From the sequence record MH445380.1: a stretch of 64,000 nt of DNA, one strand, 5' to 3'. Within the stretch, counting starts at the first letter, position 1, and every line of letters begins with the position of its first letter. The notes under the pieces are model-generated. The model was not told the DNA's origin, did no database searches, and worked only from the letters and a program-made list of their open reading frames with translations. This DNA is from Escherichia phage P1. This document shows positions 1 through 12,851 of this stretch, one piece after another. Made by a program: the position numbers and the translations under genes.

Positions 1-726
1 GCCGCGCGCGCTATGTTGCGTCGGTCCGGGGCCGATGTTCTGGAAACCACTCTTCTGGAAAAGTCTCTTTCTCATCTCCTTATGCTGGAGAACGCCAGGG
101 ATACGTGTATTCGCCTAGTGCAGGAAATGCGCGATCAGCAAAAAGACGATGATGAAGGTACTCCGCCTGAATACCGTATCGCGAGCATGCTAAACAGCTG
201 TTCCGCGCAGATAAGCAGCCTGATCAACACCATTTACAGCATCCGGAATAACTATCGAAAAGAAAGCCGGGAGGCGGAAAAGCACGCTTTATCTATGGGG
301 CAAGCTGGCATTGTTAAGCTGGCATACGAACGAAAGCGTGAAAATAACTGGTCAGTGCTGGAAGCGGCTGAATTCATCGAGGCGCATGGAGGAAAAGTGC
401 CTCCCCTGATGCTGGAGCAAATCAAAGCCGATCTGCGTGCTCCTAAGACCAATACCGATGATGAGGAAAACCAAACAGCATCTGGCGCTCCATCACTTGA
501 AGATCTGGATAAAATCGCGCGAGAACGGGCCGCCAGCCGCCGCGCTGATGCCGCATTGTGGATTGAGCATCGTAGAGAAGAAATTGCCGATATCGTCGAT
601 ACAGGTGGTTATGGTGATGTCGATGCGGAAGGCATATCAAACGAAGCATGGCTTGAACAGGATCTGGACGAAGACGAGGAGGAAGACGAAGAAGTTACCC
701 GCAAACTGTACGGGGATGATGATTAA
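1..726 (+). CDS. pacA: Terminase small subunit PacA, C-terminal part (5-prime end lies outside window)
   Basis: Frame open from nt 1 (track ORF 13..726); acidic C-terminus; stop overlaps pacB ATG; pacA-pacB-c1 synteny as in phage P1. Confidence 0.7.
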
Positions 727-2210
727 TGGCCAGAAGTTGCGTAACGGACCCACGTTGGCGCGAGCTTGTGGCGCTATATCGTTATGACTGGATTGCGGCC
801 GCTGATGTGTTGTTTGGGAAGACACCAACCTGGCAGCAGGATGAGATCATTGAGTCCACGCAGCAGGACGGCAGTTGGACAAGTGTGACCTCCGGCCATG
901 GTACTGGTAAATCGGATATGACGAGTATCATTGCAATACTCTTCATCATGTTTTTCCCCGGCGCTCGCGTCATTCTGGTCGCTAACAAAAGACAGCAAGT
1001 CCTTGATGGTATTTTCAAATACATAAAGAGCAATTGGGCTACTGCTGTTAGCAGATTCCCGTGGTTGTCAAAGTATTTCATTCTTACAGAAACGTCTTTT
1101 TTTGAGGTGACTGGCAAGGGTGTTTGGACAATATTGATAAAGTCCTGTCGCCCCGGGAATGAGGAGGCGTTGGCTGGTGAACACGCCGATCATCTCTTGT
1201 ATATCATCGACGAAGCGTCGGGTGTGAGTGATAAAGCATTCAGTGTGATAACAGGTGCGCTGACCGGTAAGGATAACCGTATTCTGCTTCTTTCCCAGCC
1301 TACGCGACCTTCAGGCTATTTCTACGATTCACACCACAGACTAGCTATTCGCCCGGGAAATCCTGATGGATTGTTTACTGCGATAATACTGAATAGTGAA
1401 GAATCTCCGCTTGTAGATGCAAAATTTATACGAGCAAAACTTGCGGAGTATGGCGGTCGTGATAACCCCATGTACATGATCAAAGTACGTGGTGAATTTC
1501 CCAAATCTCAAGATGGCTTTCTTCTTGGTCGTGATGAGGTTGAGCGGGCGACGCGGCGAAAGGTCAAGATTGCCAAAGGATGGGGCTGGGTTGCATGTGT
1601 TGACGTTGCTGGTGGCACAGGACGAGATAAGTCCGTTATTAATATCATGATGGTGTCCGGCCAGCGAAATAAACGCCGTGTAATCAACTATCGTATGCTG
1701 GAATACACAGACGTTACAGAAACGCAGTTAGCCGCCAAGATTTTCGCAGAATGTAACCCAGAACGGTTCCCGAACATAACCATAGCTATTGATGGCGATG
1801 GCTTGGGGAAATCGACGGCTGATCTAATGTACGAACGCTATGGCATTACCGTCCAGCGTATCCGCTGGGGTAAAAAGATGCACAGCCGTGAAGATAAAAG
1901 CCTTTATTTCGATATGCGCGCTTTCGCGAATATTCAGGCGGCAGAAGCTGTAAAATCAGGGCGTATGAGGCTTGATAAGGGGGCTGCGACTATAGAGGAA
2001 GCATCAAAGATACCGGTAGGGATAAATTCCGCAGGTCAATGGAAGGTGATGTCAAAGGAAGATATGAAGAAAAAACTCAACCTGCACTCACCGGACCATT
2101 GGGATACATATTGTTTCGCTATGTTGGCGAACTATGTTCCCCAGGATGAAGTGCTTAGCGTCGAAGACGAAGCGCAGGTTGATGAAGCTCTGGCATGGCT
2201 TAATGAATAA
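726..2210 (+). CDS. pacB: Terminase large subunit PacB (494 aa)
   Basis: 494-aa ORF with GHGTGKS P-loop and DEAS Walker B-like segment; length and position match P1 PacB. Confidence 0.9.
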
Positions 2211-2234
2211 CTCATTAACCATGCCGGATAGAAA

Positions 2235-3086
2235 CTATTGCGCGCTTTCGGGGTTGTCGTTTACTGGCTGCCCCTTCTTAGTTTTACGGCTGCGCGTAAC
2301 TGATGCGGCTGATTTGACCTTTTTCTCTTCGCGAGTGATGGCAATTTGTTTTTTTACATTTTCAATATCTGCCAGGCGATATATTTTTGCCTGCGGCCAG
2401 CGGTCGCAGATGATCGGTTCTATAGAGTCATAAAGGCTAAATTTTGCTTTCTCGAATTCACCGTTGATGATGATTCCATCACGGAGAGTTTCATCGCAGA
2501 TAAACACACCACACAGCGGCACATGGTAACTAACTGATTTACCATCATTGTAGTTAGGGCTACTGGAAATGTAATGGACGCGCAGCATTGTTTCGCTAAA
2601 GCCGTGTACACGCATACGGAATTTTTCATCCTCCGGGTACTGCTTCATTAGCTCTTTTGTTGCTTCCAGGTTCTCTATGTATTTCGCACTGTGCTCATTG
2701 ATCCCCGCGCTTTTCTGGATGCGAATGTCCTTATCAATCAGATGAATAATGCGGCCAGCGGTCATGTTGACGCTGTTCACAGCTTCTGTCTGATAAGTTG
2801 TAACCTTACGCACACCGCGAAGGATGTTAGGCACTGGATATAAAATAGTCTTTGGGATATTGAGGTCTGGGTACTGTTCCAGTTCTCGCGCCATTAAAGT
2901 CCATTTATCAATTTCAGCCTGAATGCTGTCCGTTTCTTTGAACGGCAGAACGACAACCGGGCGTACAGGACGACCGTCGCTGGCGGCATCAACGTGTTGG
3001 GCGCGTGCAACAGCTTTTTTTAGAAAGAGATCCCTGAAGCTGACGAACTCCTGGTACAGTTGTTCGCCGTAGACATAATTTATCAT
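2235..3086 (-). CDS. c1: P1 C1 repressor of lytic functions (283 aa)
   Basis: 283-aa ORF convergent with pacB, followed upstream by coi and operator-like motifs; matches P1 immC organisation. Confidence 0.9.
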   Translation of the reverse strand: MINYVYGEQLYQEFVSFRDLFLKKAVARAQHVDAASDGRPVRPVVVLPFKETDSIQAEIDKWTLMARELEQYPDLNIPKTILYPVPNILRGVRKVTTYQTEAVNSVNMTAGRIIHLIDKDIRIQKSAGINEHSAKYIENLEATKELMKQYPEDEKFRMRVHGFSETMLRVHYISSSPNYNDGKSVSYHVPLCGVFICDETLRDGIIINGEFEKAKFSLYDSIEPIICDRWPQAKIYRLADIENVKKQIAITREEKKVKSAASVTRSRKTKKGQPVNDNPESAQ

Positions 3087-3175
3087 TGATCCTCCTCCAG
3101 AATTGACATGGCCAACAACTCACAGCGGATTACACTGGGAGTTGTTGGCCACCATTATAGAAGGATCCAACGAAA

Positions 3176-3192
3176 ATAATAGATTTATTAGT
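3176..3192. promoter_or_regulatory. C1 operator-like motif in c1-coi intergenic region (Op99-type)
   Basis: Sequence tagatttattagtgcat resembles the asymmetric C1 operator consensus ATTGCTCTAATAAATTT (reverse orientation, degenerate). Confidence 0.45.
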
Positions 3193-3196
3193 GCAT

Positions 3197-3406
3197 TTAT
3201 TGTGAGTCTGGCTGGTTAGTGGCCATGAGATATTCGATTGTGTCAGTGAGATCATCCAGGTCGTCTTGGGTGATGCGGTACTCCTGATTGGATATCTTTG
3301 AGTAGTGTTCAGCAATGGCGCGGGCAGCGTCGGTTTCGGCAGGGTCTACAGATAAAGCGTTAGAGCAATGTCTAACGTCGTCGATGGTTGGTGGAATGAA
3401 AGCCAT
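3197..3406 (-). CDS. coi: C1 inactivator Coi (69 aa)
   Basis: 69-aa ORF immediately upstream of c1 on the same strand, as in P1. Confidence 0.8.
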   Translation of the reverse strand: MAFIPPTIDDVRHCSNALSVDPAETDAARAIAEHYSKISNQEYRITQDDLDDLTDTIEYLMATNQPDSQ

Positions 3407-3645
3407 AATTATGCCTCACTGTATTGACAACACAGAGCCTGAAGCTCTGACCTACTGTTTCACCCATGATCCATGCTGGGGTAATCTAACAACATTGCGC
3501 TGTGTGTAAGATGAGCAATGCATAGCTGTAATGCCGTTGTATAAGGTTTCCCTGTTTGCTCATTTCCTTCTGAGCCGCTCTACAACGCTGAAGACACATT
3601 AAATAGTGAATCCAAAGTCGTATTACGAAACGGCGGCAAAACTAT

Positions 3646-3661
3646 AATTTATTAGAGCAAT
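3646..3661. promoter_or_regulatory. C1 operator (reverse orientation)
   Basis: aatttattagagcaat is the reverse complement of ATTGCTCTAATAAATT. Confidence 0.6.
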
Positions 3662-3727
3662 TGTCAAACAACAATGAAAAACAATCCAGTTTTTGGCTGG
3701 TGGAGTGGGATTTTTCTCTCAAAATTT

Positions 3728-3744
3728 ATTGCTCTAATAATTCT
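3728..3744. promoter_or_regulatory. C1 operator
   Basis: attgctctaataattct matches the 17-bp C1 operator consensus at 15 of 17 positions. Confidence 0.6.
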
Positions 3745-3787
3745 TGATTTTTATGCACAGCTGGACGTAAACTCCTCTTCGGACCTA

Positions 3788-3821
3788 ATAACTTCGTATA
3801 GCATACATTATACGAAGTTAT
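3788..3821. other. loxP: loxP site-specific recombination site (34 bp)
   Basis: Exact ATAACTTCGTATA-GCATACAT-TATACGAAGTTAT read directly in the sequence. Confidence 0.98.
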
Positions 3822-3838
3822 CTTAAGGGTTATTGAAC

Positions 3839-3980
3839 ATGATCAATTTACCTGTAAATCCATACAGTTCAATACCTTATCAGGTTAAATAGTGATCACT
3901 TGATCATTTGATCAAGGTTGCGCTACGTAAAATCTGCGAAATGTTGGCAGTGTTAGTGCTCCAGATTTCGCGTAGCGCAC
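3839..3980. promoter_or_regulatory. cra/cre upstream control region with GATC cluster and imperfect inverted repeat
   Basis: GATC at 3839 and a tight cluster gtgatcacttgatcatttgatcaagg (approx 3895..3925); arms gcgctacgtaaaatctgcgaaa and ccagatttcgcgtagcgcac form an inverted repeat. Confidence 0.5.
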
Positions 3981-4010
3981 TTAGCACCACCAATCAATCA
4001 GAGGTGAAAA

Positions 4011-4232
4011 ATGGGATATTCAGCTGCTAAAGTGTCCACTCATCTTGAGCTTGAGAAAAACCGTGGTTACTGGCGGGCAAAAGGGTTTGATCGTGATAGT
4101 TGCCAACTGTCATTATCGCGCGGTGAAGAGAAAATAGAACGCACGCGCGGTCGCTGGCGTTTCTATGACGAGAACCATAAACAGGTAAAGGCAGAGCCAA
4201 TCCTGTACACTTTACTTAAAACTATTATCTGA
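4011..4232 (+). CDS. cra: Small protein upstream of cre (Cra-like, 73 aa)
   Basis: 73-aa ORF between loxP and cre, ends 8 nt before cre start; name assigned from P1 synteny. Confidence 0.55.
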   Translation: MGYSAAKVSTHLELEKNRGYWRAKGFDRDSCQLSLSRGEEKIERTRGRWRFYDENHKQVKAEPILYTLLKTII

Positions 4233-4239
4233 GTGTTAA

Positions 4240-5271
4240 ATGTCCAATTTACTGACCGTACACCAAAATTTGCCTGCATTACCGGTCGATGCAACGAGTG
4301 ATGAGGTTCGCAAGAACCTGATGGACATGTTCAGGGATCGCCAGGCGTTTTCTGAGCATACCTGGAAAATGCTTCTGTCCGTTTGCCGGTCGTGGGCGGC
4401 ATGGTGCAAGTTGAATAACCGGAAATGGTTTCCCGCAGAACCTGAAGATGTTCGCGATTATCTTCTATATCTTCAGGCGCGCGGTCTGGCAGTAAAAACT
4501 ATCCAGCAACATTTGGGCCAGCTAAACATGCTTCATCGTCGGTCCGGGCTGCCACGACCAAGTGACAGCAATGCTGTTTCACTGGTTATGCGGCGGATCC
4601 GAAAAGAAAACGTTGATGCCGGTGAACGTGCAAAACAGGCTCTAGCGTTCGAACGCACTGATTTCGACCAGGTTCGTTCACTCATGGAAAATAGCGATCG
4701 CTGCCAGGATATACGTAATCTGGCATTTCTGGGGATTGCTTATAACACCCTGTTACGTATAGCCGAAATTGCCAGGATCAGGGTTAAAGATATCTCACGT
4801 ACTGACGGTGGGAGAATGTTAATCCATATTGGCAGAACGAAAACGCTGGTTAGTACCGCAGGTGTAGAGAAGGCACTTAGCCTGGGGGTAACTAAACTGG
4901 TCGAGCGATGGATTTCCGTCTCTGGTGTAGCTGATGATCCGAATAACTACCTGTTTTGCCGGGTCAGAAAAAATGGTGTTGCCGCGCCATCATCCACCAG
5001 CCAGCTATCAACTCGCGCCTTGGAAGGGATTTTTGAAGCAACTCACCGATTGATTTACGGGGCAAAAGATGACTCTGGTCAGCGATACCTGGCCTGGTCT
5101 GGACATAGTGCCCGTGTCGGTGCCGCGCGAGATATGGCCCGCGCCGGAGTTTCAATACCGGAGATCATGCAAGCTGGTGGCTGGACCAACGTAAATATTG
5201 TCATGAACTACATTCGTAACCTGGATAGTGAAACGGGGGCAATGGTGCGTCTGCTGGAAGATGGCGACTAG
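4240..5271 (+). CDS. cre: Cre tyrosine recombinase (343 aa)
   Basis: 343-aa ORF starting MSNLLTVHQNLPALPVDATSDEVRKNLMDMFRDRQAFSEHTWKMLLSVCRSWAAWCKLNNRKWFPAEPEDVRDYLLYLQARGLAVKTIQQHLGQLNMLHRRSGLPRPSDSNAVSLVMRRIRKENVDAGERAKQALAFERTDFDQVRSLMENSDRCQDIRNLAFLGIAYNTLLRIAEIARIRVKDISRTDGGRMLIHIGRTKTLVSTAGVEKALSLGVTKLVERWISVSGVADDPNNYLFCRVRKNGVAAPSATSQLSTRALEGIFEATHRLIYGAKDDSGQRYLAWSGHSARVGAARDMARAGVSIPEIMQAGGWTNVNIVMNYIRNLDSETGAMVRLLEDGD-type Cre, adjacent to loxP. Confidence 0.97.
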   Translation: MSNLLTVHQNLPALPVDATSDEVRKNLMDMFRDRQAFSEHTWKMLLSVCRSWAAWCKLNNRKWFPAEPEDVRDYLLYLQARGLAVKTIQQHLGQLNMLHRRSGLPRPSDSNAVSLVMRRIRKENVDAGERAKQALAFERTDFDQVRSLMENSDRCQDIRNLAFLGIAYNTLLRIAEIARIRVKDISRTDGGRMLIHIGRTKTLVSTAGVEKALSLGVTKLVERWISVSGVADDPNNYLFCRVRKNGVAAPSSTSQLSTRALEGIFEATHRLIYGAKDDSGQRYLAWSGHSARVGAARDMARAGVSIPEIMQAGGWTNVNIVMNYIRNLDSETGAMVRLLEDGD

Positions 5272-5288
5272 CCGTTTATTTACGCTTG

Positions 5289-5305
5289 ATTGCTCTAATT
5301 ATTTG
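5289..5305. promoter_or_regulatory. C1 operator-like motif upstream of c8-position ORF
   Basis: attgctctaattatttg. Confidence 0.5.
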
Positions 5306-5321
5306 ATATTTATGGTGACAC

Positions 5322-5613
5322 ATGCGGAAGGATTTCAAAATAGACGGAAAATATGTGGTGCTGTCTGTAAGCTCTCAAATTCAGTCACCATCTGTCATTG
5401 TCACCGTAAAGTTGAGCGATAGGATGCCTGATATCGACTCGATATCTGTTGCGTTCCCCGTTAAAAGCATGCGGAGTGCTGAACATTTTGTGATGAATGC
5501 AACGGAGGAGGAAGCGCGGCGCGGGCTTACTAGAGTGATGGCGGAATTTGGCGAACTCCTGGGTAAGGTAAACAATGCCCTTTCAATCAGTTCAGCAAGA
5601 TCCAAAGCGTTAA
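5322..5613 (+). pseudogene. c8: c8-position ORF of P1-like backbone, 3-prime end displaced by transposon insertion
   Basis: Frame runs into the Tn21 IR at 5614; joining 5613 to 38752 restores a 103-codon ORF ending TASMMK-stop. Confidence 0.5.
5609..5613. repeat. Left copy of 5-bp target-site duplication GTTAA
   Basis: gttaa immediately outside the Tn21 IR; identical gttaa at 38747..38751 outside the Tn1721 IR. Confidence 0.75.
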
Positions 5614-5651
5614 GGGGTCGTCTCAGAAAACGGAAAATAAAGCACGCTAAG
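5614..5651. repeat. Tn21-type 38-bp terminal inverted repeat (tnp end)
   Basis: GGGGTCGTCTCAGAAAACGGAAAATAAAGCACGCTAAG. Confidence 0.9.
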
Positions 5652-8613
5652 CCGGTTGCAGAGGCCGTAGCGGCCTGAACTTCCCCGCGCCGATCTTGGC
5701 GCTGCTGCGCCATAGGTAATCACCGGTCAGGTTGATGTGCTCCCAGCCGAGTGGCGACAGGTACTGCAATAGCGAGTCATCGACGGCATGACCATTGCCG
5801 CGCAACGCATGCGCCGCACGCTCCAGGTAGACCGTGTTCCACAGCACGATGGCCGCCGTCACCAGGTTGAGGCCGCTGGCCCGGTAGCGCTGCTGCTCGA
5901 AACTGCGGTCACGGATTTCACCAAGGCGGTTGAAGAACACGGCACGGGCCAGCGCATTGCGCGCCTCGCCCTTGTTCAGCCCGGCATGCACGCGGCGGCG
6001 TAGCTCGACGCTTTGCAGCCAGTCGAGGATGAACAGCGTGCGCTCGATGCGGCCCAACTCGCGCAGCGCGACGGCCAAGCCGTTCTGGCGCGGGTAGCTG
6101 CCGAGTTTCCTGAGCATCAGCGAGGCCGTCACCGTGCCCTGCTTGATCGAGGTGGCCAGCCGCAGGATTTCGTCCCAATGGGCGCGGACGTGCTTGATGT
6201 TGAGCGTGCCGCCGATCATCGGCTTGAGCGCGTCATAGGCGGCATCGCCCTTCGGGATGTAGAGCTTGGTGTCGCCCAGGTCGCGGATGCGCGGCGCGAA
6301 GCGGAAGCCCAAGAGGTGCATCAGGGCGAAGACGTGATCGGTGAAGCCCGCCGTGTCGGTGTAGTGCTCCTCGATCCGCAGGTCGGATTCGTGGTACAGC
6401 AGGCCGTCGAGCACGTAGGTTGAGTCGCGCAGGCCGACATTGACCACCTTGGTGTGGAATGGCGCGTATTGGTCGGAGATGTGGGTGTAGAAAGTCCGTC
6501 CTGGGCTGCTGCCATATTTTGGGTTGATGTGCCCCGTGCTCTTTGCCTTGCTAGCGGTTCGGAAATTCTGTCCGTCCGATGATGATGTGGTGCCATCGCC
6601 CCAGTGCCCGGCAAAGGGATGCCGAAACTGAGCGTTGACCAGTTCAGCCAACGCTGTCGAGTACGTTTCGTCGCGGGTATGCCAGGCTTGCAGCCAAGCG
6701 AGCTTCGCGTAGGTCGTGCCGGGGCAGGACTCGGCCATCTTGGTCAGGCCCAGGTTGATCGCGTCGGCCAGGATCGTGGTCAACAACAGGTTCTTGTCCT
6801 TGGCCAGATCGCCCGATTTCAAGTGCGTGAAGTGCCGGGTGAAGCCCGTCCACTCATCGACTTCGAGCAGCAGTTCGGTGATCTTGACGTGCGGCAGGAC
6901 CATGGCTGTCTGGTCTATCAGCGCCTGCGCGGTGTCGGGCACCGCCGCATCCAGCGGCGTGATCTTCAAGCCCGACTCGGTGATGATGGCATCCGGCAGG
7001 TCGTTGGCTGCCGCCATGCGGTTGACGGTGGCAAGTTGTGCTTCCAGCAGCGTCAGCCGCTCATGCAGATATTGTTCGCAGTCGGTGGCCACGGCCAGCG
7101 GCAATTCGCTGGACTGCTTGAGGCTGGTGAACTTCTCGGGCGGTACCAGGTAGTCCTCGAAGTCCTTGAACTGGCGTGAACCCTGCACCCAGATGTCGCC
7201 CGAGCGCAGGGAGTTCTTCAACTCGGACAGCGCGCACAGTTCGTAGTAGCGCCGGTCGATGCCGGCGTCGGTCATCACCAGTTTCTGCCAGCGCGGCTTG
7301 ATGAAGCCGGTCGGTGCATCGGCTGGCAGCTTGCGGGCGTTGTCGGTGTTCATGCCGCGCAGCACCTCAATGGCATCAAGCACGTTTTTGGCGGCGGGCG
7401 CGGCCCGCAGCTTGAGCACGGCAAGGAATTCCGGTGCATAGCGGCGCAGGGTGGCGTAGCTCTCGCCGATGCGATGCAGGAAATCGAAGTCATCGGGTTG
7501 CGCGAGCTTCTGCGCCTCGGTGACGCTCTCGGCAAAGGAATCCCAGGACATGACGGCCTCGATGGCGGCAAACGCATCGCGGCCTGATTGCTTGGCGTCG
7601 ATCAGCGCCTGACCGATGCGCCCGTACAGACGTACCTTGGCGTTGATGGCCTTGCCTGACGCCTGGAACTGCTGCTGATGCTTATTCTTGGCAGCGTTAA
7701 ACAGCTTACCCAGGATGCGGTCGTGCAGGTCGATGATTTCGTCGGTGACGGTGGCCATGCCCTCGGTGGCCAGCGCCACGAGAGTGGCGTAGCGCCGTTG
7801 CGGCTCGAATTTGGCCAGGTCGGCGGGTGTCATCTGGCCGCCCTCGCGGGCAATCTTGAGCAGGCGGTTCTGGTGAACCAGCCGCTCGATGCCGGTAGGC
7901 AGATCGAGTGCCTGCCATGCCTTGAGGCGTTCGATGTGTTCCAGCATATGCCGCGAATTTGGCTTGGCCGGAGACTGGCGCAACCAAGCCAACCAGGTCG
8001 TCTTGCCGTTGTCCCGGCGCTTGAGCAGATCGTCGAGGCGGCGGCGATGCGCGTCCGCCAGTGGTTCGGCCAAGGCGTCGTAGATGCGCCGGTTAGCACG
8101 GGTGATCGCCTCGGCACTCGCCCGCTCGACGGCGTTGAGGGCGGGCAGAATGACCGACTGCCGCCGCAGGTGCCCGATCAAGGCGCTGGCCAGCACGATG
8201 CCTTTGTCGGTTTGCATCGCCAGCTCGGTCAGCATCTGGACGGCCTGCCGGTAATGGCTCATGGTGAAGGGCCGGAAACCGAACACGGTTTGCAGCTCGC
8301 TCAGGTGCTCGCGCCGGGTCTGCTCCCGCTGGCCGTACTCGTTCCAGCTTTCGACGCCGACCTTGAGCTGGTCGGCGACCAGCTTCAACAAGGGCGGGAA
8401 CGGTAGTTCATCGACGCCCAGGATGACGCCGGGAAAGCGCAGGTAACAGAGCTGCACCGCGAAGCCCAGCCGATTGGCTGGCCCGCGCCGCTGTCGGATG
8501 ATCGAGAGGTCGGTATCGTTGAATGTGTAATGTCGGATCAGGTCGTCCTTGGAGTCCGGCAACGCCAGCAGGCTTTCCCGCTCGGCGGCGGACAGGATGG
8601 AACGACGTGGCAT
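5647..8613 (-). CDS. tnpA: Tn21-type transposase TnpA (988 aa)
   Basis: 988-aa Tn3-family transposase ORF ending inside the IR; followed by tnpR. Confidence 0.95.
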   Translation of the reverse strand: MPRRSILSAAERESLLALPDSKDDLIRHYTFNDTDLSIIRQRRGPANRLGFAVQLCYLRFPGVILGVDELPFPPLLKLVADQLKVGVESWNEYGQREQTRREHLSELQTVFGFRPFTMSHYRQAVQMLTELAMQTDKGIVLASALIGHLRRQSVILPALNAVERASAEAITRANRRIYDALAEPLADAHRRRLDDLLKRRDNGKTTWLAWLRQSPAKPNSRHMLEHIERLKAWQALDLPTGIERLVHQNRLLKIAREGGQMTPADLAKFEPQRRYATLVALATEGMATVTDEIIDLHDRILGKLFNAAKNKHQQQFQASGKAINAKVRLYGRIGQALIDAKQSGRDAFAAIEAVMSWDSFAESVTEAQKLAQPDDFDFLHRIGESYATLRRYAPEFLAVLKLRAAPAAKNVLDAIEVLRGMNTDNARKLPADAPTGFIKPRWQKLVMTDAGIDRRYYELCALSELKNSLRSGDIWVQGSRQFKDFEDYLVPPEKFTSLKQSSELPLAVATDCEQYLHERLTLLEAQLATVNRMAAANDLPDAIITESGLKITPLDAAVPDTAQALIDQTAMVLPHVKITELLLEVDEWTGFTRHFTHLKSGDLAKDKNLLLTTILADAINLGLTKMAESCPGTTYAKLAWLQAWHTRDETYSTALAELVNAQFRHPFAGHWGDGTTSSSDGQNFRTASKAKSTGHINPKYGSSPGRTFYTHISDQYAPFHTKVVNVGLRDSTYVLDGLLYHESDLRIEEHYTDTAGFTDHVFALMHLLGFRFAPRIRDLGDTKLYIPKGDAAYDALKPMIGGTLNIKHVRAHWDEILRLATSIKQGTVTASLMLRKLGSYPRQNGLAVALRELGRIERTLFILDWLQSVELRRRVHAGLNKGEARNALARAVFFNRLGEIRDRSFEQQRYRASGLNLVTAAIVLWNTVYLERAAHALRGNGHAVDDSLLQYLSPLGWEHINLTGDYLWRSSAKIGAGKFRPLRPLQPA

Positions 8614-8615
8614 AT

Positions 8616-9176
8616 TTACTGATCCGTTCTCAAGTATTGATACAGGGTTTCGCGACTGATTCCGAATTCACGAGCAAGCTTGGTCTTTTGCTCGCCAGCC
8701 TCGACACGTTGGCGCAGTTCGGCAATACGCTCAGACGACAGGGATTTCTTCCTGCCACGGTAAGCCCCGCGTTGCTTGGCGAGCGCAATACCCTCGCGCT
8801 GACGCTCGCGGATCAGGGCGCGCTCGAACTCGGCGAACGCGCCCATCACCGAGAGCATCAGGTTCGCCATCGGAGAGTCTTCGCCAGTAAAACTGAGGTG
8901 TTCCTTGACGAATTCGATATGCACGCCGCGTTGTGTCAGCGTTTGCACGATCCGGCGCAAATCATCGAGATTGCGCGCCAGGCGATCCATGCTATGCACC
9001 ACCACGGTGTCGCCGGTGCGGGCGAAGCTTATCAGCGCTTCCAGTTGCGGACGCTTGACATCCTTGCCGGATGCCTTGTCGCTAAAAGCGCGATCAACCT
9101 TGACGCCTTCCAGTTGCCGTTCCGGGTTCTGGTCGAAGGTGCTGACCCTGATATACCCAATGCGCTGTCCAGTCAT
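8616..9176 (-). CDS. tnpR: Tn21-type resolvase TnpR (186 aa)
   Basis: Serine recombinase [19 protein letters not shown]...; 186 aa. Confidence 0.95.
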   Translation of the reverse strand: MTGQRIGYIRVSTFDQNPERQLEGVKVDRAFSDKASGKDVKRPQLEALISFARTGDTVVVHSMDRLARNLDDLRRIVQTLTQRGVHIEFVKEHLSFTGEDSPMANLMLSVMGAFAEFERALIRERQREGIALAKQRGAYRGRKKSLSSERIAELRQRVEAGEQKTKLAREFGISRETLYQYLRTDQ

Positions 9177-9295
9177 GGAATTCCCTGCAAAATGTCAGGG
9201 AAGACTCTATGACCTTCAACGAGATATGTCAATAAATTCAAAATTCAATCCTATCCTGACGCAATTTACACATGGCATCTGACATCAGGTTAGGG
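9177..9295. promoter_or_regulatory. Tn21 res region (partial), truncated by IS26
   Basis: Sequence upstream of tnpR is identical to the second copy at 23432..23548 and ends abruptly at the IS26 IR. Confidence 0.6.
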
Positions 9296-10115
9296 GGCAC
9301 TGTTGCAAAGTTAGCGATGAGGCAGCCTTTTGTCTTATTCAAAGGCCTTACATTTCAAAAACTCTGCTTACCAGGCGCATTTCGCCCAGGGGATCACCAT
9401 AATAAAATGCTGAGGCCTGGCCTTTGCGTAGTGCACGCATCACCTCAATACCTTTGATGGTGGCGTAAGCCGTCTTCATGGATTTAAATCCCAGCGTGGC
9501 GCCGATTATCCGTTTCAGTTTGCCATGATCGCATTCAATCACGTTGTTCCGGTACTTAATCTGTCGGTGTTCAACGTCAGACGGGCACCGGCCTTCGCGT
9601 TTGAGCAGAGCAAGCGCGCGACCATAGGCGGGCGCTTTATCCGTGTTGATGAATCGCGGGATCTGCCACTTCTTCACGTTGTTGAGGATTTTACCCAGAA
9701 ACCGGTATGCAGCTTTGCTGTTACGACGGGAGGAGAGATAAAAATCGACAGTGCGGCCCCGGCTGTCGACGGCCCGGTACAGATACGCCCAGCGGCCATT
9801 GACCTTCACGTAGGTTTCATCCATGTGCCACGGGCAAAGATCGGAAGGGTTACGCCAGTACCAGCGCAGCCGTTTTTCCATTTCAGGCGCATAACGCTGA
9901 ACCCAGCGGTAAATCGTGGAGTGATCGACATTCACTCCGCGTTCAGCCAGCATCTCCTGCAGCTCACGGTAACTGATGCCGTATTTGCAGTACCAGCGTA
10001 CGGCCCACAGAATGATGTCACGCTGAAAATGCCGGCCTTTGAATGGGTTCATGTGCAGCTCCATCAGCAAAAGGGGATGATAAGTTTATCACCACCGACT
10101 ATTTGCAACAGTGCC
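9296..10115 (-). mobile_element. IS26 (820 bp), copy 1
   Basis: 14-bp IRs GGCACTGTTGCAAA at 9296 and its complement ending 10115; Tnp26 CDS 9348..10052 on minus strand; no 8-bp flanking duplication. Confidence 0.97.
9348..10052 (-). CDS. tnp26: IS26 transposase Tnp26 (234 aa)
   Basis: [42 protein letters not shown]...; track ORF is extended 6 codons upstream. Confidence 0.95.
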   Translation of the reverse strand: MNPFKGRHFQRDIILWAVRWYCKYGISYRELQEMLAERGVNVDHSTIYRWVQRYAPEMEKRLRWYWRNPSDLCPWHMDETYVKVNGRWAYLYRAVDSRGRTVDFYLSSRRNSKAAYRFLGKILNNVKKWQIPRFINTDKAPAYGRALALLKREGRCPSDVEHRQIKYRNNVIECDHGKLKRIIGATLGFKSMKTAYATIKGIEVMRALRKGQASAFYYGDPLGEMRLVSRVFEM

Positions 10116-10500
10116 ATATCAAGCGACTTCTCCTATCCCCTGGGAACACATCAATCTCACCGGAGAATATCGCTGGCCAAAGCCTTAGCGTAGGATTCCG
10201 CCCCTTCCCGCAAACGACCCCAAACAGGAAACGCAGCTGAAACGGGAAGCTCAACACCCACTGACGCATGGGTTGTTCAGGCAGTACTTCATCAACCAGC
10301 AAGGCGGCACTTTCGGCCATCCGCCGCGCCCCACAGCTCGGGCAGAAACCGCGACGCTTACAGCTGAAAGCGACCAGGTGCTCGGCGTGGCAAGACTCGC
10401 AGCGAACCCGTAGAAAGCCATGCTCCAGCCGCCCGCATTGGAGAAATTCTTCAAATTCCCGTTGCACATAGCCCGGCAATTCCTTTCCCTGCTCTGCCAT
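10116..10500 (-). pseudogene. IS91-family-like transposase N-terminal fragment (zinc-ribbon CxxC...CxxC), truncated by IS26
   Basis: First ~128 codons MAEQGKELPGYVQREFEEFLQCGRLEHGFLRVRCESCHAEHLVAFSCKRRGFCPSCGARRM; frame continues artefactually into IS26. Confidence 0.45.
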
Positions 10501-10502
10501 AA

Positions 10503-10540
10503 GGGGTCTGACGCTCAGTGGAACGAAAACTCACGTTAAG
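10503..10540. repeat. Tn2/Tn3-type 38-bp inverted repeat (bla end)
   Basis: GGGGTCTGACGCTCAGTGGAACGAAAACTCACGTTAAG. Confidence 0.85.
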
Positions 10541-10649
10541 GGATTTTGGTCATGAGATTATCAAAAAGGATCTTCACCTAGATCCTTTTAAATTAAAAAT
10601 GAAGTTTTAAATCAATCTAAAGTATATATGAGTAAACTTGGTCTGACAG

Positions 10650-11522
<873 letters not shown>

Positions 11523-11692
11523 TCAATATTATTGAAGCATTTACCAGGGTTATTGTCTCATGAGCGGATACATATTTGAATGTATTTAGAAAAATAAACA
11601 AATAGGGGTTCCGCGCACATTTCCCCGAAAAGTGCCACCTGACGTCTAAGATACCATTATTATCATGACATTAACCTATAAAAATAGGCGTA

Positions 11693-12851
<1,159 letters not shown>

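Noticed and set aside
1-726. P1 pac site (cluster of TGATCA/G hexamers) within pacA
   Set aside because: Only isolated TGATCA hexamers seen (e.g. near 221); the clustered arrangement was not found, so pac probably lies in the pacA 5-prime part outside the window.
9525-10193. 222-aa ORF antisense to the IS26 transposase (also 30662..31405 and the start of 11693..12622)
   Set aside because: Lies entirely within IS26 opposite the known transposase gene; identical in every IS26 copy; an open frame on the antisense strand with no independent support.
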